Assembly: GCF_020745735.1 (NCBI RefSeq)
Contig: NW_026867863.1
Coordinates: 1,048,504 to 1,112,503 of the forward strand
Length of the DNA stretch: 64,000 nucleotides
Source of the DNA: Hemiscyllium ocellatum
Lineage: Eukaryota
Direction of reading: 5' to 3'
Shown: piece after piece, positions 52,601-63,099 of the stretch
Layout: each line of letters opens with the position of its first letter
How positions within the stretch are numbered: the first letter of the stretch is position 1
Notes under the pieces: model-generated
The model's database searches: none
The model's input: only the letters and a program-made list of their open reading frames with translations
Told to the model about the DNA's origin: nothing
Program-made: the position numbers and the translations under genes

Positions 52601-54404
52601 CCTACTTCTGCCGTACCTTTGATGGTGTCAGTTGTCTTTGAGGGGCTTTGAACATAAATTATTCAATTTACTGATGATGGTTAGTAGCTGAAAATAAAAA
52701 TACTATAGGTGACTTGGTGATGGGAAATAAAAAGTAACATTGTGTGGAAGGTAAGTTATGGATATAAGTAACATTTATTTTTAGAAAAAAACGAACTCCA
52801 TTTTGACTGCTAAGGTCTTGCTCACACCGTTGTACCTTCAGGCTATTTTCCATACGTTTTGATTATTTCAAATTCATATCACCTGCTGTTTTGTACTTGT
52901 CAGCCCTTTGTTAACGGGTGTTTGCCGTTTCAGAATATAGGTCGCCGTATCGTGTACGCTCTCGGAATTCAGTATTTGGAGTGCTTGCAGTTTTAACCTG
53001 TGCTTTGATCAATAAGGCAAAATTACAGAAAATATTAATAGCAATTTAAGGTAAAATGTTAGGATATTGGAAGAACAACTCAGAGGTTCAACGTTTTGCA
53101 GAGGGTTTGTGGGAAATGACATGGAGAACAGCAGATTTTCCAGTACGTCTGATCTCTGCCTTTCCTGATCGAAATCAATCTGTGATTTATAATTTTGAGG
53201 ATTCTTATTCATTAATATTGGTGTGCCAGATAGATCTCAATGTCAGGGGTGTGTGACATGCCTCTGTACTTTGTGATGAACTCAGTGGAATATACAATAA
53301 TAAGGGTGTAAACCCAAAGGGGTGCAGGAACACAGGGTCCTCCATGTATATCTGCACAAATCAGAGAATGAACCATGACATGTGAACAGAAAAGCAAAGA
53401 AACCTTGCTTCAAGTACTCTGTACCGAACAAACGCAAAGCAATTATGTTAAACAGAAATAAAACAGTCGCTTGTCTCACCTGGAATATTGCATCTCGTTT
53501 CAGAAGCCACATTTTGGGAAAAATGTAAAGTTATGAGATAGGATGCATGACTGATTCACAACACTGTTCCCGGGATGATGTACCTCGCCGACTCTGAGAA
53601 ATTGGGACTGTTCACCTCTGCTGATAGATTCCAGACGCTGTGAATAGTTGCTATGATTGGTTCTCAGTTCTATCTTGCGTCACATAGATCCAAATAGCTG
53701 AATATTTCCAGTACTTTTGAGCTGTGCCTTGCCTGATCGACATCGACCTCTGATTTATTATTTTTGAGTGTTGCTGTTCAATAATATTCGTGTATCTGAT
53801 AGATCTCAGTCTGATTTCCTTGGATTTGACAGGTGTTTGTCAAATAGATCCCAGGAATTATGCTCCATGAGTTTTATTTGTAAGACAAACTCCAGTTCTG
53901 AGAATCTGCCCTTGGATTATACATGTGTTGTGCCTGAATACCTGACTGAACGTTGACATTTTTGGCTGATGAATATTTTGTTGGGCGCTTTAGCTGGTTA
54001 ATTGTGCATTACGAACTCAGACTGTCCCGACGTTGGGAGTACTTTTAGTTTAGACAGAGCAGAGTAAACTTTCAAACTCCGTTGCCTGCCTTTTATCTGC
54101 TTAGGTGGAGCGAAGCACCTCATTTTTATCATTATGTGACCCGAGGCCGTAACCCTTTGTGCATAAGAGGAAATGTTCTCGGGTCATTCTGCTTCTGGAG
54201 TGTTCCATCAGGCATATCGTGTGGAAGATGCATTTACATTAGAGGGCTGCATGGTAGCCCAGCATTAACCTCAATGACTGGATGAAACACAAGCAAACAG
54301 AACAAGTGAAAGTATTTAGCTGGAAAACGAGAGGGACGTAAGAAAATGTATTATTACTGATTAGACTTGAAGAAAGAATTAAGCAAACGAATGGTTAGTG
54401 CACA

Positions 54405-54445
54405 TTTATTCGAGATTTATTAACCATTTCAGAAAGCAATTTATT
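54405..54445 (-). terminator. Poly(A) signal cluster of membrane IgM transcript
   Basis: Three AATAAA hexamers (54405-54410, 54416-54421, 54440-54445) about 400 nt after the TM2 stop. Confidence 0.55.
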
Positions 54446-54849
54446 CAAACGTTAATATTAAAGTTAACAGACGTGAATACAATGGCTGGATGCCACATTG
54501 AGATGAGATCGTGTGCACTCGGAGCTGTGAGTTTCTGTACATCCGTAACTGTCAACAGAAAAGGAATACAATAGCTCATCATAAAGGGTAGGCAACCATT
54601 CTGAATGAGGAACAAATTCAAAGAAAAAACAAATGGGTTTTAAACAACTGGGCAGCTACAATTTTTTTCAACTACAATCATCTCGACGATACCAAAGTAA
54701 AAAGGAAAATCCATGATTAATTGTTTCAGTCACACGCTGAGAAGCTGAAATGATCTCACTGTTAGAGTCAGCAACAAGACAGATTAGAGATTGGGAATTC
54801 ATAGACCTTGATAAGCAGATCAGCAAAAGCAAAAGGTTCCACAACTCAT

Positions 54850-54858
54850 TCACTTAAC
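54850..54858 (-). CDS. IGHM: IgM TM2 exon (VK-stop)
   Basis: ctctcttttccAG|GTT AAG TGA has a strong polypyrimidine tract and lies 138 nt after TM1. It completes the KVK cytoplasmic tail typical of membrane IgM. Confidence 0.9.
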   Translation of the reverse strand, partial: VK

Positions 54859-54996
54859 CTGGAAAAGAGAGATAAAGCAATGACGCAGATATTTATGATC
54901 AGGGGCATTCATATTTTTTTTAATTTAATGGTACACTTAGAGATTTTACAAAACGTATTGGGCTTCTTGGCGTGTGAAAGATGTGATTATTCTCAC

Positions 54997-55124
54997 CTTC
55001 ACCAGAGTGACAGCAGCGCTGTAGAAAATACTCAGGAAGAACAAGGTGGTGAACGTGGAAGCAGTTGTCCAGATGTTGCCATTATCATCCTCATAGTCTT
55101 CAATCCAAGTGCAATTCATTGAAT
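54997..55124 (-). CDS. IGHM: IgM TM1 (membrane) exon
   Basis: Acceptor attcatAG at 55125-55126 and donor AAG|GTGAGA at 54996. The 128 nt read (D)SMNCTWIEDYEDDNGNIWTTASTFTTLFFLSIFYSAAVTLVK: an acidic spacer plus the Ig TM motif (TF..LF.LS..YS..VT). Phase matches the Cmu4 internal donor. Confidence 0.93.
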
Positions 55125-56419
55125 CTATGAATATAAATCCGAGAGAACGCATTTAAAATGTTTATGGATCCAGTCCGATCTATCCATATCCAAGTCAGAA
55201 ACTAGAGACCATTGCATCTTCATAAACAGGCAGATGTTTCTCAATTGTGACTATTTGAATTTCTTAGTGCATTATTCACTCTTGGCAAGAACTTGCAAAA
55301 AATAAATGCACATGTTCCTTCTGCGCTGTCTGTAGCAACATTTTAAATTACTTTTTCTTTTCATCTATTATTGAAGGATATTATTATTTGAGGAACGCTT
55401 ATTAGGAATGAGTATTTTAATTATGTCATGATATTTTAATTATAGTTTGTGACCGCAGTTTAGTTGAAAATCGTAGCCATCATTGCATAAAAGTTCAAAT
55501 GTGATTCTCATTTTTATTTATTGGTGAGAAATTGCTTGGCAGATTATGAATATACGTTGCATACACAATTACAACTTTGCTTCATATTTTTGTTTGTAGG
55601 GTCTCTATTTTAAGGAATATGTTTTTGTGCATGTATCCCTTAATTTATTTGATCTACTGCTTGATGTGTATGGTTTTCATTTAATGTTTCTGCATGTAGT
55701 TATGATTTACTCTGACTTCATTCTTACCCATGTTTGAGTCTGTGCACGAATAAACATATTCATGCTCCTTTATTGCTGGTGTGTTCATGCGTTTGTGCAC
55801 GTAAGTTTTGTTCAATTCACAGTGCATAAGCATCTTTATGCAAATATGCCATTTCACTGATGCCTATGTTTATCTCATAATGTCCCTGTGATTGTTCATT
55901 ATTCGTTAGTGCTATCTAAAATGTGTGTTCATGTATCAATTTCAGATTCTCGCTTCACTAGTTTATTTTCATGTTTATGCTTAATAAGTGTTAGCATATA
56001 AAATCATGTTTTGATGGATGTTTATATTTATGTGATGATGTCTGCTTGTGTGGCAATCTATCCTAAATCATATCCTGATAAGCTTGTTTGTGTTATTGTG
56101 TGTGGATGCTTGCTGATGCTTGTGCCATTATCCTTGTTTAATAAATGCCCCACTTTTTGTTGATCTGTGCACTTGCGTGTCTGCATGTGAGACTCTGAAT
56201 TTGTGTGTGCATGTGACCGCGTATACGTGCTGATCAACGTGGCGTAAATATAAAAAAAAAGCTGCCTCTGTCATCATATGTTTGTGATAATGAAAAATAG
56301 GAAAATAATGAAATTTACGTTTTCTCTGTGCACTTACGTGCCTGTGTGTGTCGACATGCAGGAGGGCATTTTTGGTATGTTATATCTGTGTTCATGCATG
56401 TATGCCTGAATGCGTTGTG

Positions 56420-56553
56420 CTAGGAAAAAGTGAGGACTGCAGATGCTGGACATCAGAGCTGAAAAAATGTGTTGCTGGAAAAGCTCAGCAGGTCAGGCAG
56501 CATCCAAGGAGCAGGATAATCGACGTTTCGGGCATAAGCCCTTCTTCAGGAAT
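56420..56553 (-). mobile_element. Short 3'-end fragment of Neptune-type Penelope-like element
   Basis: The block gaggactgcagatgctgg...aaagctcagcaggtcaggcagcatcc is the same as the one terminating the RT-bearing element at 43592-45782. Confidence 0.8.
56518..56553 (-). ncRNA. Minimal type I hammerhead ribozyme in the Cmu4-TM1 intron
   Basis: ATTC-CTGAAGA-A-GGGC-TTAT-GCCC-GAAA-C-GTC-GATT. It has an intact core, a perfect stem II and a GUC cleavage triplet. Confidence 0.78.
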
Positions 56554-57194
56554 GCACTGTGCTGCATGAATGCATATGAATTTGTGTCCATTTATGTGTT
56601 ACCGTGTGTCTATGTTTTTCATGGTTATGTATAAGTACCCCTGTTTATTTCTGTATGAGCTTTTCTTTCGGTGTATGTGAGTTTTTGGAAAAGCTCAGAT
56701 GAATGTTTAAGTACCATTTGCATGTGTGGTTCTGTGCATGTACGCGTATGTGATGTCTTATCTATATGCACATCTGATTGGATGTGCATAACTGTTTATG
56801 TTTATGTGAGAGTCTGTATAAATGTCTTTACGTGTGTAATTGTGAGCATCTCTCTGTATCTGTGTGTGCTTCTGCTCTTATACCAAACTGCAATTTTTAT
56901 TATTCTAAGTTGATGGTTCTAATTTTAACTGATTGCCCACGATAACATAACATCGACCTTGTTTTGTAGGAAACGTGAATTTTGTAAGAATGGCCAATCG
57001 GGGAATCAGGAACACCAAGATCAAAACTTGTGTTCTCCCCTTGATGTAGAATGGACATTGTCAGATTCCATCACAGTGGGATTTAGGATGGATGAGGTAC
57101 TTGGCGGAATCGTGCAATGAGTGAGCTTTACTCAGTCTCTCACCCAGGGTGTATCGGAGCAGGGAACATAACTGCACAAGACACGCTTCCCAGA

Positions 57195-57450
57195 CCTGTT
57201 AAAGATCCAATTTAACTTTGTGGAGTTTGTGCATTGTCCGCGCATCTGCGTGGGTTTCTTTTGGGTGCCCCAGTTTCCTCCCACGGTCCAAAGATGTGCA
57301 CGTTATGTGAATTAGCCATGCTAAATTGCCCGTAGTATTGATTTCATTAGTCAGGGGTAAATGAAGGGGAATGGTTCTGGGTGCGTTGCTCTTCGGAAGG
57401 TCAGTGTGGACTTGTTGGGCCGAAGGGCCTGTTTCCACACTGAAGGGAAT
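57195..57450 (+). mobile_element. V-SINE in the Cmu4-TM1 intron
   Basis: gtggagtttgtgcattgtccgcgcatctgcgtgggtttc...tttcctcccacggtccaaagatgtgcacgtta. Confidence 0.8.
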
Positions 57451-57551
57451 CTCATCTCATTTAAACTGCACAGATGGAATAGAGGTAAGAATGAGAATCA
57501 ATTCATTCAGCAGTTGTATATTTAGCTCACAACTGGACGAAAAAAAAATGC

Positions 57552-57597
57552 TTTATTACTTTTGTTGAATTATTGAATCAACGTTGAGATTTTTATT
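57552..57597 (-). terminator. Poly(A) signals of secretory IgM transcript
   Basis: AATAAA at 57592-57597 (overlapping the CAA TAA Gln-stop) and at 57552-57557. Confidence 0.7.
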
Positions 57598-57984
57598 GAC
57601 ATGAATTAACAGTGTCCATCAGTGCAAGTGAAATGTTTACAAAACTTGTTTTACCACTCGACTTATCGACTGTTCTGTTGATGATCTTCAATGGAATCGC
57701 TTCATGTCCCACCACACAGGAGTAAGAAGTACCGCTGGCCCACTCCTCCGCAGTAATGGATAACAGGCTGTAGATGAAGAAGGAGGTGTTGTTGCTCTCC
57801 ACCATCTCCTCGGTGTTCTTGTAGTTACTGGGATTCACCGACTTGTCATTGTTTGTCAACTTGACGAAGATCTCTCGGGGGAAGAAACTCCTCACTAAAC
57901 AGGTGAGGGAGAGAAACCTCTGAACGGAGGTTTCTTCTGTTGGTGGCAGGAGCACAGACACTGATGGCTCCAGTGCATTAATCA
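57593..57984 (-). CDS. IGHM: IgM Cmu4 exon plus secretory tailpiece (open frame, part of probable pseudogene)
   Basis: Acceptor attttgcAG at 57985-57986. Both Cys are retained (LTCLV, YSCVV), but canonical Trp is Leu (57857-57859). The tail [20 protein letters not shown] keeps the NIS sequon and penultimate Cys. The internal donor AGTG|GTAAAA (exon end 57655) serves the membrane form. Confidence 0.95.
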
Positions 57985-58441
57985 CTGCAAAATATTTGAG
58001 ACAAATATAAATCAACTATAAAAACCAAAATCAATATCACGATTTCACTAAATATTAAAATATGCCATTCTTAATTTGGGATTTATTCACATTCATTTTC
58101 TAATAGGAGCAGAGTGGTAGACATTATGTTCAATAAAAGATGTAAAAAGTTTAATTTGAAAGTCGTGTCCATGTTTCCAGCCCACAACAAGGACATTCTG
58201 TCCATGTGTCATCGCTGATGGTGACGTAACAACCTCGGTTCCTTCCCACCTTATCTGATTTAATCGGAATAGAATAGCCTTTGGTCTGTCTCTTTCTTAA
58301 TCAGATACTTAGCTTTTCTGCTATCAAGTGCATGATTTATGCTCCCAACAGTGTTTGCTCATTACCAATCAAAGCTTACCATTGATGTGCCTGGATCTCA
58401 ATTACACACGGAATTCTTTGTGCTTTAATCCCACCGCTCAA

Positions 58442-58750
58442 CTTTCTTCTTGTGGATGGAGTCTCTCAACGGAGTTGGTAGATTCTGATGGTACACCACA
58501 TATTCAAAAGTAATGCCACTCAGCCAGGCTTCAGTCGAAATTTCTAATTTGCTAATCGCACTGCCAGGATTCTGTCCAGACTGGTCAGCAATTTCTAATT
58601 TCAGAGGCTTCTTTTCTTGTATCCTGGTGACGTTGACTCCAGAAGGAAGATTGGACACAAGGCAGCTTAAAGTCACCGTCGCCTCCAGCAAGATCTGTTC
58701 TACTGGTGGCGGGAGGATTTTAACTGTGTAATCGTGGCGCACAGTATCTC
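58442..58750 (-). pseudogene. IGHM: IgM Cmu3 exon with mutated splice donor
   Basis: Acceptor tttcatAG at 58751-58752. Open frame [52 protein letters not shown]...[28 protein letters not shown]. The phase-1 donor position reads AAAG|TTGAGC instead of GTGAG. Canonical Trp is Arg (58623-58625) and the second Cys is Tyr (58500-58502). Confidence 0.92.
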
Positions 58751-59984
58751 CTATGAAACAGCAATCAAAGTCAATGTAAAATGCCTCTTCAGATTCAGTA
58801 CACCCACTCTTCAGGTTATGTCGTCACAAGGTGAAGTAACCACCTTCGAAATGGCAACTTCTAACTCTTGCTGAAACGATACTTACTATTGTTCATATAT
58901 TTTGATCTGTGAAAGAATTCGTGATTACCTATAACGTAATCTGTGTAATAATTCCTAAAGAACACTGGCTTTGTAAAAAGTGAAACCTGAGAAAAAAGTA
59001 AAATCATCGAAGATACCATAATGTAATTCCCGGAGTTATCTTTCTTTCAGAGTTGGTCTCTTACTTAACACCATCTATTGATACTTGGGACAAGAGTAAT
59101 CTGTATGTAATGAGTTCATTTCTATGTCCATGAACGTTACGTGCAAATGCTGCTGGTCACACTAATTGCCAAATCAGTTATCGAATTTCGGACAAATTGT
59201 GTTTCAACATAATTATTCTCTTTGTCTTCATGCATTTGCAGAGGTTTTAAAGTGTTACTGGAACGGTGAATGGCCATGGAAATTCTGATCATTATATTTA
59301 ACGTGATTGAAAATACTTGGCAATATTGGTGTGAGACAATTCTCTAATTTATGTCATTATTCCTTGTGGGTTGAATTTGGAGTTAACCTGAAAACAAGGC
59401 ACTGAGTACAGCACCAGACATCGTGAAGAACACCCATCCCCTCAAGTCTTTCCTTCCATTCAAAGAGTTAATGACAGGTCTGTAGATTCACTTTAATTAC
59501 CAGGCTGCATTTTTTACTTTATTCATTGAAAAAAAAACAAGCAGAAACTTCTTAAATTAATCTACAAACTCGATGGAAATTTGCACTAGTTTTATTCAGA
59601 TTTATATTCATTATGTAAACATTTCCATGCCAAATCAGACTGAATCAGCCTGGCTCTAATTCCTAGTTCATTCATCCCTATTGAGCGTTCCCACCAGAAT
59701 TTATTTTCCTGCCTCATTCGCTAATTACAGAGAACATCTGTAAGAAGTTCAGTGAGATTGCGTTTATCCTAGTTAATCAAATGTGAAACCCACTTGTTCT
59801 GTGGTCACATCCCATAAATGAAGTCGAATAGCTTAGTACCAGATATAAAATAAAAGTCTGTGTCGTACAATGAACAAGGCAATACGTCATTCTTGAGCAT
59901 GGAATGAAGTATTGGACGTTTTCATTTGTTTGCAAGTAAGGTTTACTGCATATTTTTACCATGTCACTTTGAGACCACAAAATA

Positions 59985-60250
59985 TAAGATAGATGATCAC
60001 AATGAGACTATTCGGTCAATCAAGTCTTCTCCACCATTCAATTATGGCTGATATGTTTCTCAACCCCATTCTCCCGCCTTCTCCCCGTACTAAGCAAGAG
60101 CTGATCCATCTCTGTTTCAAGGCTGACAATGGCCTGCGCTCCACAGCACTCTGCAGCAATTCGCTCCATAGATTAATCACCCTCTGGAAGAGGAAATTCC
60201 TCCCCATCTTAGTATCAAATGGTGCTCCCTTCGACTTTGAGACTGTGCCC
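59985..60250 (-). mobile_element. CR1 3' end in the Cmu2-Cmu3 intron
   Basis: GRNFLFQRVINLWSELLQSAVE. Confidence 0.8.
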
Positions 60251-60667
60251 GTGGACCCTACTATCGCCTACTGGTCAAAACATCTACTACACGTTCACTC
60301 TAACTTGGACTGTCAGGTTTCAATCAGATGCCTCTCAGACACCCCTGACCACAAATTATCCTTTTGGCCGCTACCAGGCAAGGGCTCGGCACTCTGAATG
60401 CCTCTCCCAGCATGGTCAGCCAAAAAACTATTTAACAAAGTTCACTGTCTACTCGTCTTCAACAAAGAGGAAACATGCTTTTCTGATGAGCTAAAATAAT
60501 GAATTATGAGCAATGCTAATGCGACACTCAAACAGAAATACGAGGCACATGACACTTTGGGAAATGAGAAGCTGTACAGATTTGTTTACTAAGCCTGATA
60601 AAACTGTGTGTTTGATTCATAGGCGAGTTCAAAATGATTTGTAACCCTCTTAGTATGTGCCTCTTAC

Positions 60668-60978
60668 CCTGGAATGCGGTGATATTTTTACTTTGAGTGT
60701 TCTCTCCATGAGTGACCTGGAAGGTATAGACTGCGCTGTCGAACCATTCACTATAACGGATCATCAGGCGACTCGTCACCGAAAAGTTCCCGCTCGCCTC
60801 ACACACAGGAGACGTGAAGAAGCCAGAATCCAAAGGTAGGCCATCTTTCAACCAAATCACTGAGGTTGACTTTGGATAGAAATCGAATATTAACAGACGT
60901 GAGTGGCATACTTGTTGCTTGTGATTTCTTCATTGGGACTCACAGTCAGGAGAAGAGTTGGAGGGAAAACATCTGGAC
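60668..60978 (-). pseudogene. IGHM: IgM Cmu2 exon with -1 frameshift
   Basis: Acceptor ...ttccttaAG at 60979-60980 and donor G|GTAAGA at 60667. Reads [28 protein letters not shown], then TAA (60890-60892). It resumes in another frame as [74 protein letters not shown]. The exon is 311 nt, one short of a multiple of 3. The second Cys codon is TTC (Phe) at 60720-60722. Confidence 0.93.
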
Positions 60979-61127
60979 CTTAAGGAAATATATATGAATA
61001 AATTATCTGACGAATTTAATAACAAATGCAGTCAGCTCTTATATATTATTGAAAGTTTGTGCGAAGATTTGTAGCTCGGGTGCTCGTTGTTGTGGTTCTG
61101 TTCGCGGAGCTGGAAGTTTTTGTTGCA

Positions 61128-61161
61128 AACGTTTCGTCCCCTGGCTAGGAGACATCATCAG
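61128..61161 (-). ncRNA. Minimal type I hammerhead ribozyme (PLE pseudo-LTR)
   Basis: gca-CTGATGA-T-GTCTCC-tagcca-GGGGAC-GAAA-C-GTT-tgc. The core is conserved, with a stem II, a palindromic AACGTT helix III and a 3-bp stem I. Confidence 0.75.
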
Positions 61162-62884
61162 TGCTCTGGAGCCTCCTGTGAAGCGCTTCTTTGATGTTTC
61201 TTCCGGTATTTATAGTGGTCTGTCCTTGCCGCTTCCGGGTGTCAGTTTCAGCTGTCCGCTGTAGTGGTTGGTATATTGGATCCAGGTCGATGTGTTTGTT
61301 GATGGAGTTTGTGGATGAATGCCATGCCTCTAGGAATTCCCTGGCTGTTCTCTGTCTGGCTTGCCCTATGATAGTAGTATTTTCCCAGTCGAATTCTTGT
61401 CGCTTGTTGTCTGAGTGTGTGGCTACTAGGGACTGCTGGTCGTGTCGTTTTTTGGCTAGCTGATGTTCATGTATGCGGATTGTTAGCTATCTTCCTGTTT
61501 GTCCTATATAGTGATTTGTGCAGTCCTTGCATGGTATTTTGTAAACTACATTAGTTTTGCTCATGTTGGGTATCGGGTCCTTTGTTCTAGTAAGTTGCTG
61601 TCTGAGCATGGCTGTTGATTTGTGTGCCGTTATGAGTCCTAAGGGTCGCAGTAGTCTGGCTGTCAGATATGAAACACTCCTGATGTATGCTCGTGTGGCT
61701 AGTCCTTTTGGTTGTGACATGTCCTCGTTTCGTGGTCTATCTCTTAGGCATCTTGATAAATTTGCGCGGGTATCCGTTTTTGGCGAATACCTTTTATAGG
61801 TGTTCCTCTTCCTCTTTTCGCAGTTCTGGTGTACTGCAGTGTGTTGTGGCTCTTTTGAATAGTGTCCTGATGCAGCTTCGTTTGTGTGTGATGGGGTGGT
61901 TACTTTCATAGTTTAGGACTTGGTCTGTGTGTGGTGTTTTCCTGTGTACCCTTGTGGTGAATTCTCCGTTCAGTGTTCTCTGTATTAACACGTCCACGAA
62001 TGGGAGTTGGCTATCCTTTTCTTCTTCTCTCGTGAATCGGATTCCTGTGAGTGTGGCGTTGATGATCCGGTGTATTTTTTCTATTTCTGTGTTTTTGATG
62101 ATTACAAAAGTGTCATCGACATATCTGACCCAGAGTTTGGGTTGAATTTGTGGTAGGGTTGTTTGTTCTAACCTTTGAATAACTGCCTTTGCTATGAGTT
62201 CCGAGATTGGTGATCCCATGGGTGTTCCGTTGATTTGTTCGTATATCTGATTGTTGACTGTGAAGTGTGTAGTGAGGCGCAACTTTATCAACAGATGCCT
62301 AAGAGATAGACCACGGAACGAGGACATGCCACAATAAAAAGGACTAGCCACACTACCATACATCAGAAGCGTTTCATATCTGACAGCCAGACTACTGCGA
62401 CCCTTAGGACTCATAACGGCACACAAACCAACAGCCACGCTCAGACAACAACTTACTAGAACAAAGGACCCGATACCCAACATGAGCAAAACTAATGTAG
62501 TTTACAAAATACCATGCAAGGACTGCACAAAACACTATATAGGACAAACATGAAGACAGCTAACAACCCGCATCCATGAACATCAGCTAGCCACAAAACG
62601 ACACGACCAGCTATCCCTAGTAGCCACACACTCAGACAACAAGCAACATGAATTCTACTGGGAAAACACTACTATCATAGGGCAAGCCAGACAGAGAACA
62701 GCCAGGGAATTCCTAGAGGCATGGCATTCATCCATAAACTCCATCAACAAACACATCGACCTGGACCCAATATACCAACCACTACAGCGGACAGCTGAAA
62801 CTGACACCCGGAAGCGGCAAGGACAGACCACTATAAATACCGGAAGAAACATCAAAGAAGCGCTTCACAGGAGGCTCCAGAGCA

Positions 62885-62918
62885 CTGATGATGTCTCCTA
62901 GCCAGGGGACGAAACGTT
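62885..62918 (+). ncRNA. Minimal hammerhead ribozyme, inverted-arm copy
   Basis: Same core as 61128-61161. Stem I has a mismatch (GTT-cgc). Confidence 0.65.
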
Positions 62919-63099
62919 CGCAACAAAAACTTCCAGCTCCGCAAACAGATCTTATATATTATACTAACCCCGATATTACCAGAATCATAATTTGCAGAGT
63001 GTTAGAGAAGCTGAGATCCACACAGAAAGATCAGCAGGACAATGTGATGGGCTAAAATTAGAGGACTCTGCAAGGGAATCTAAGAGGCATAGAAATGAT

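Larger units (their letters stand above)
55550..56900. repeat. TG/CA-rich low-complexity tract
   Basis: Dense tgtg, tatg and catg motifs over about 1.3 kb of the Cmu4-TM1 intron. Confidence 0.75.
54850..60978 (-). pseudogene. IGHM: Immunoglobulin mu heavy-chain constant region (shark IgM cluster): Cmu2-Cmu3-Cmu4/secretory tail-TM1-TM2, probable pseudogene
   Basis: Five exons in the expected order and splice phase. Translations closely resemble the horn-shark mu chain as I recall it ([71 protein letters not shown]). A frameshift in Cmu2 and a broken donor in Cmu3 indicate inactivation. V, D, J and Cmu1 were not found in the window. Confidence 0.93.
61050..62949 (-). mobile_element. Penelope-like element (Penelope/Poseidon type), 5'-truncated with inverted terminal copy
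   Basis: RT motifs GTPMGSPIS and LWVRYVDDTF (ORF 61794-62489) and GIY-YIG motif VVYKIPCKDC..YIGQTGR. Inverted arms 61097-61760 and 62284-62949. Direct repeat TCTTATATATTAT at 61037-61049 and 62950-62962. Confidence 0.93.

Noticed and set aside
55838-55845. Octamer ATGCAAAT as an Ig regulatory site (also 4516, 14037, 24077, 56716)
   Set aside because: These are scattered single hits in AT-rich DNA with no supporting motifs.
57593-60978. IgNAR or IgW identity for the Ig exons
   Set aside because: Domain and tail sequences ([46 protein letters not shown]) fit shark mu. The IgNAR C domains and tail I recall are different.
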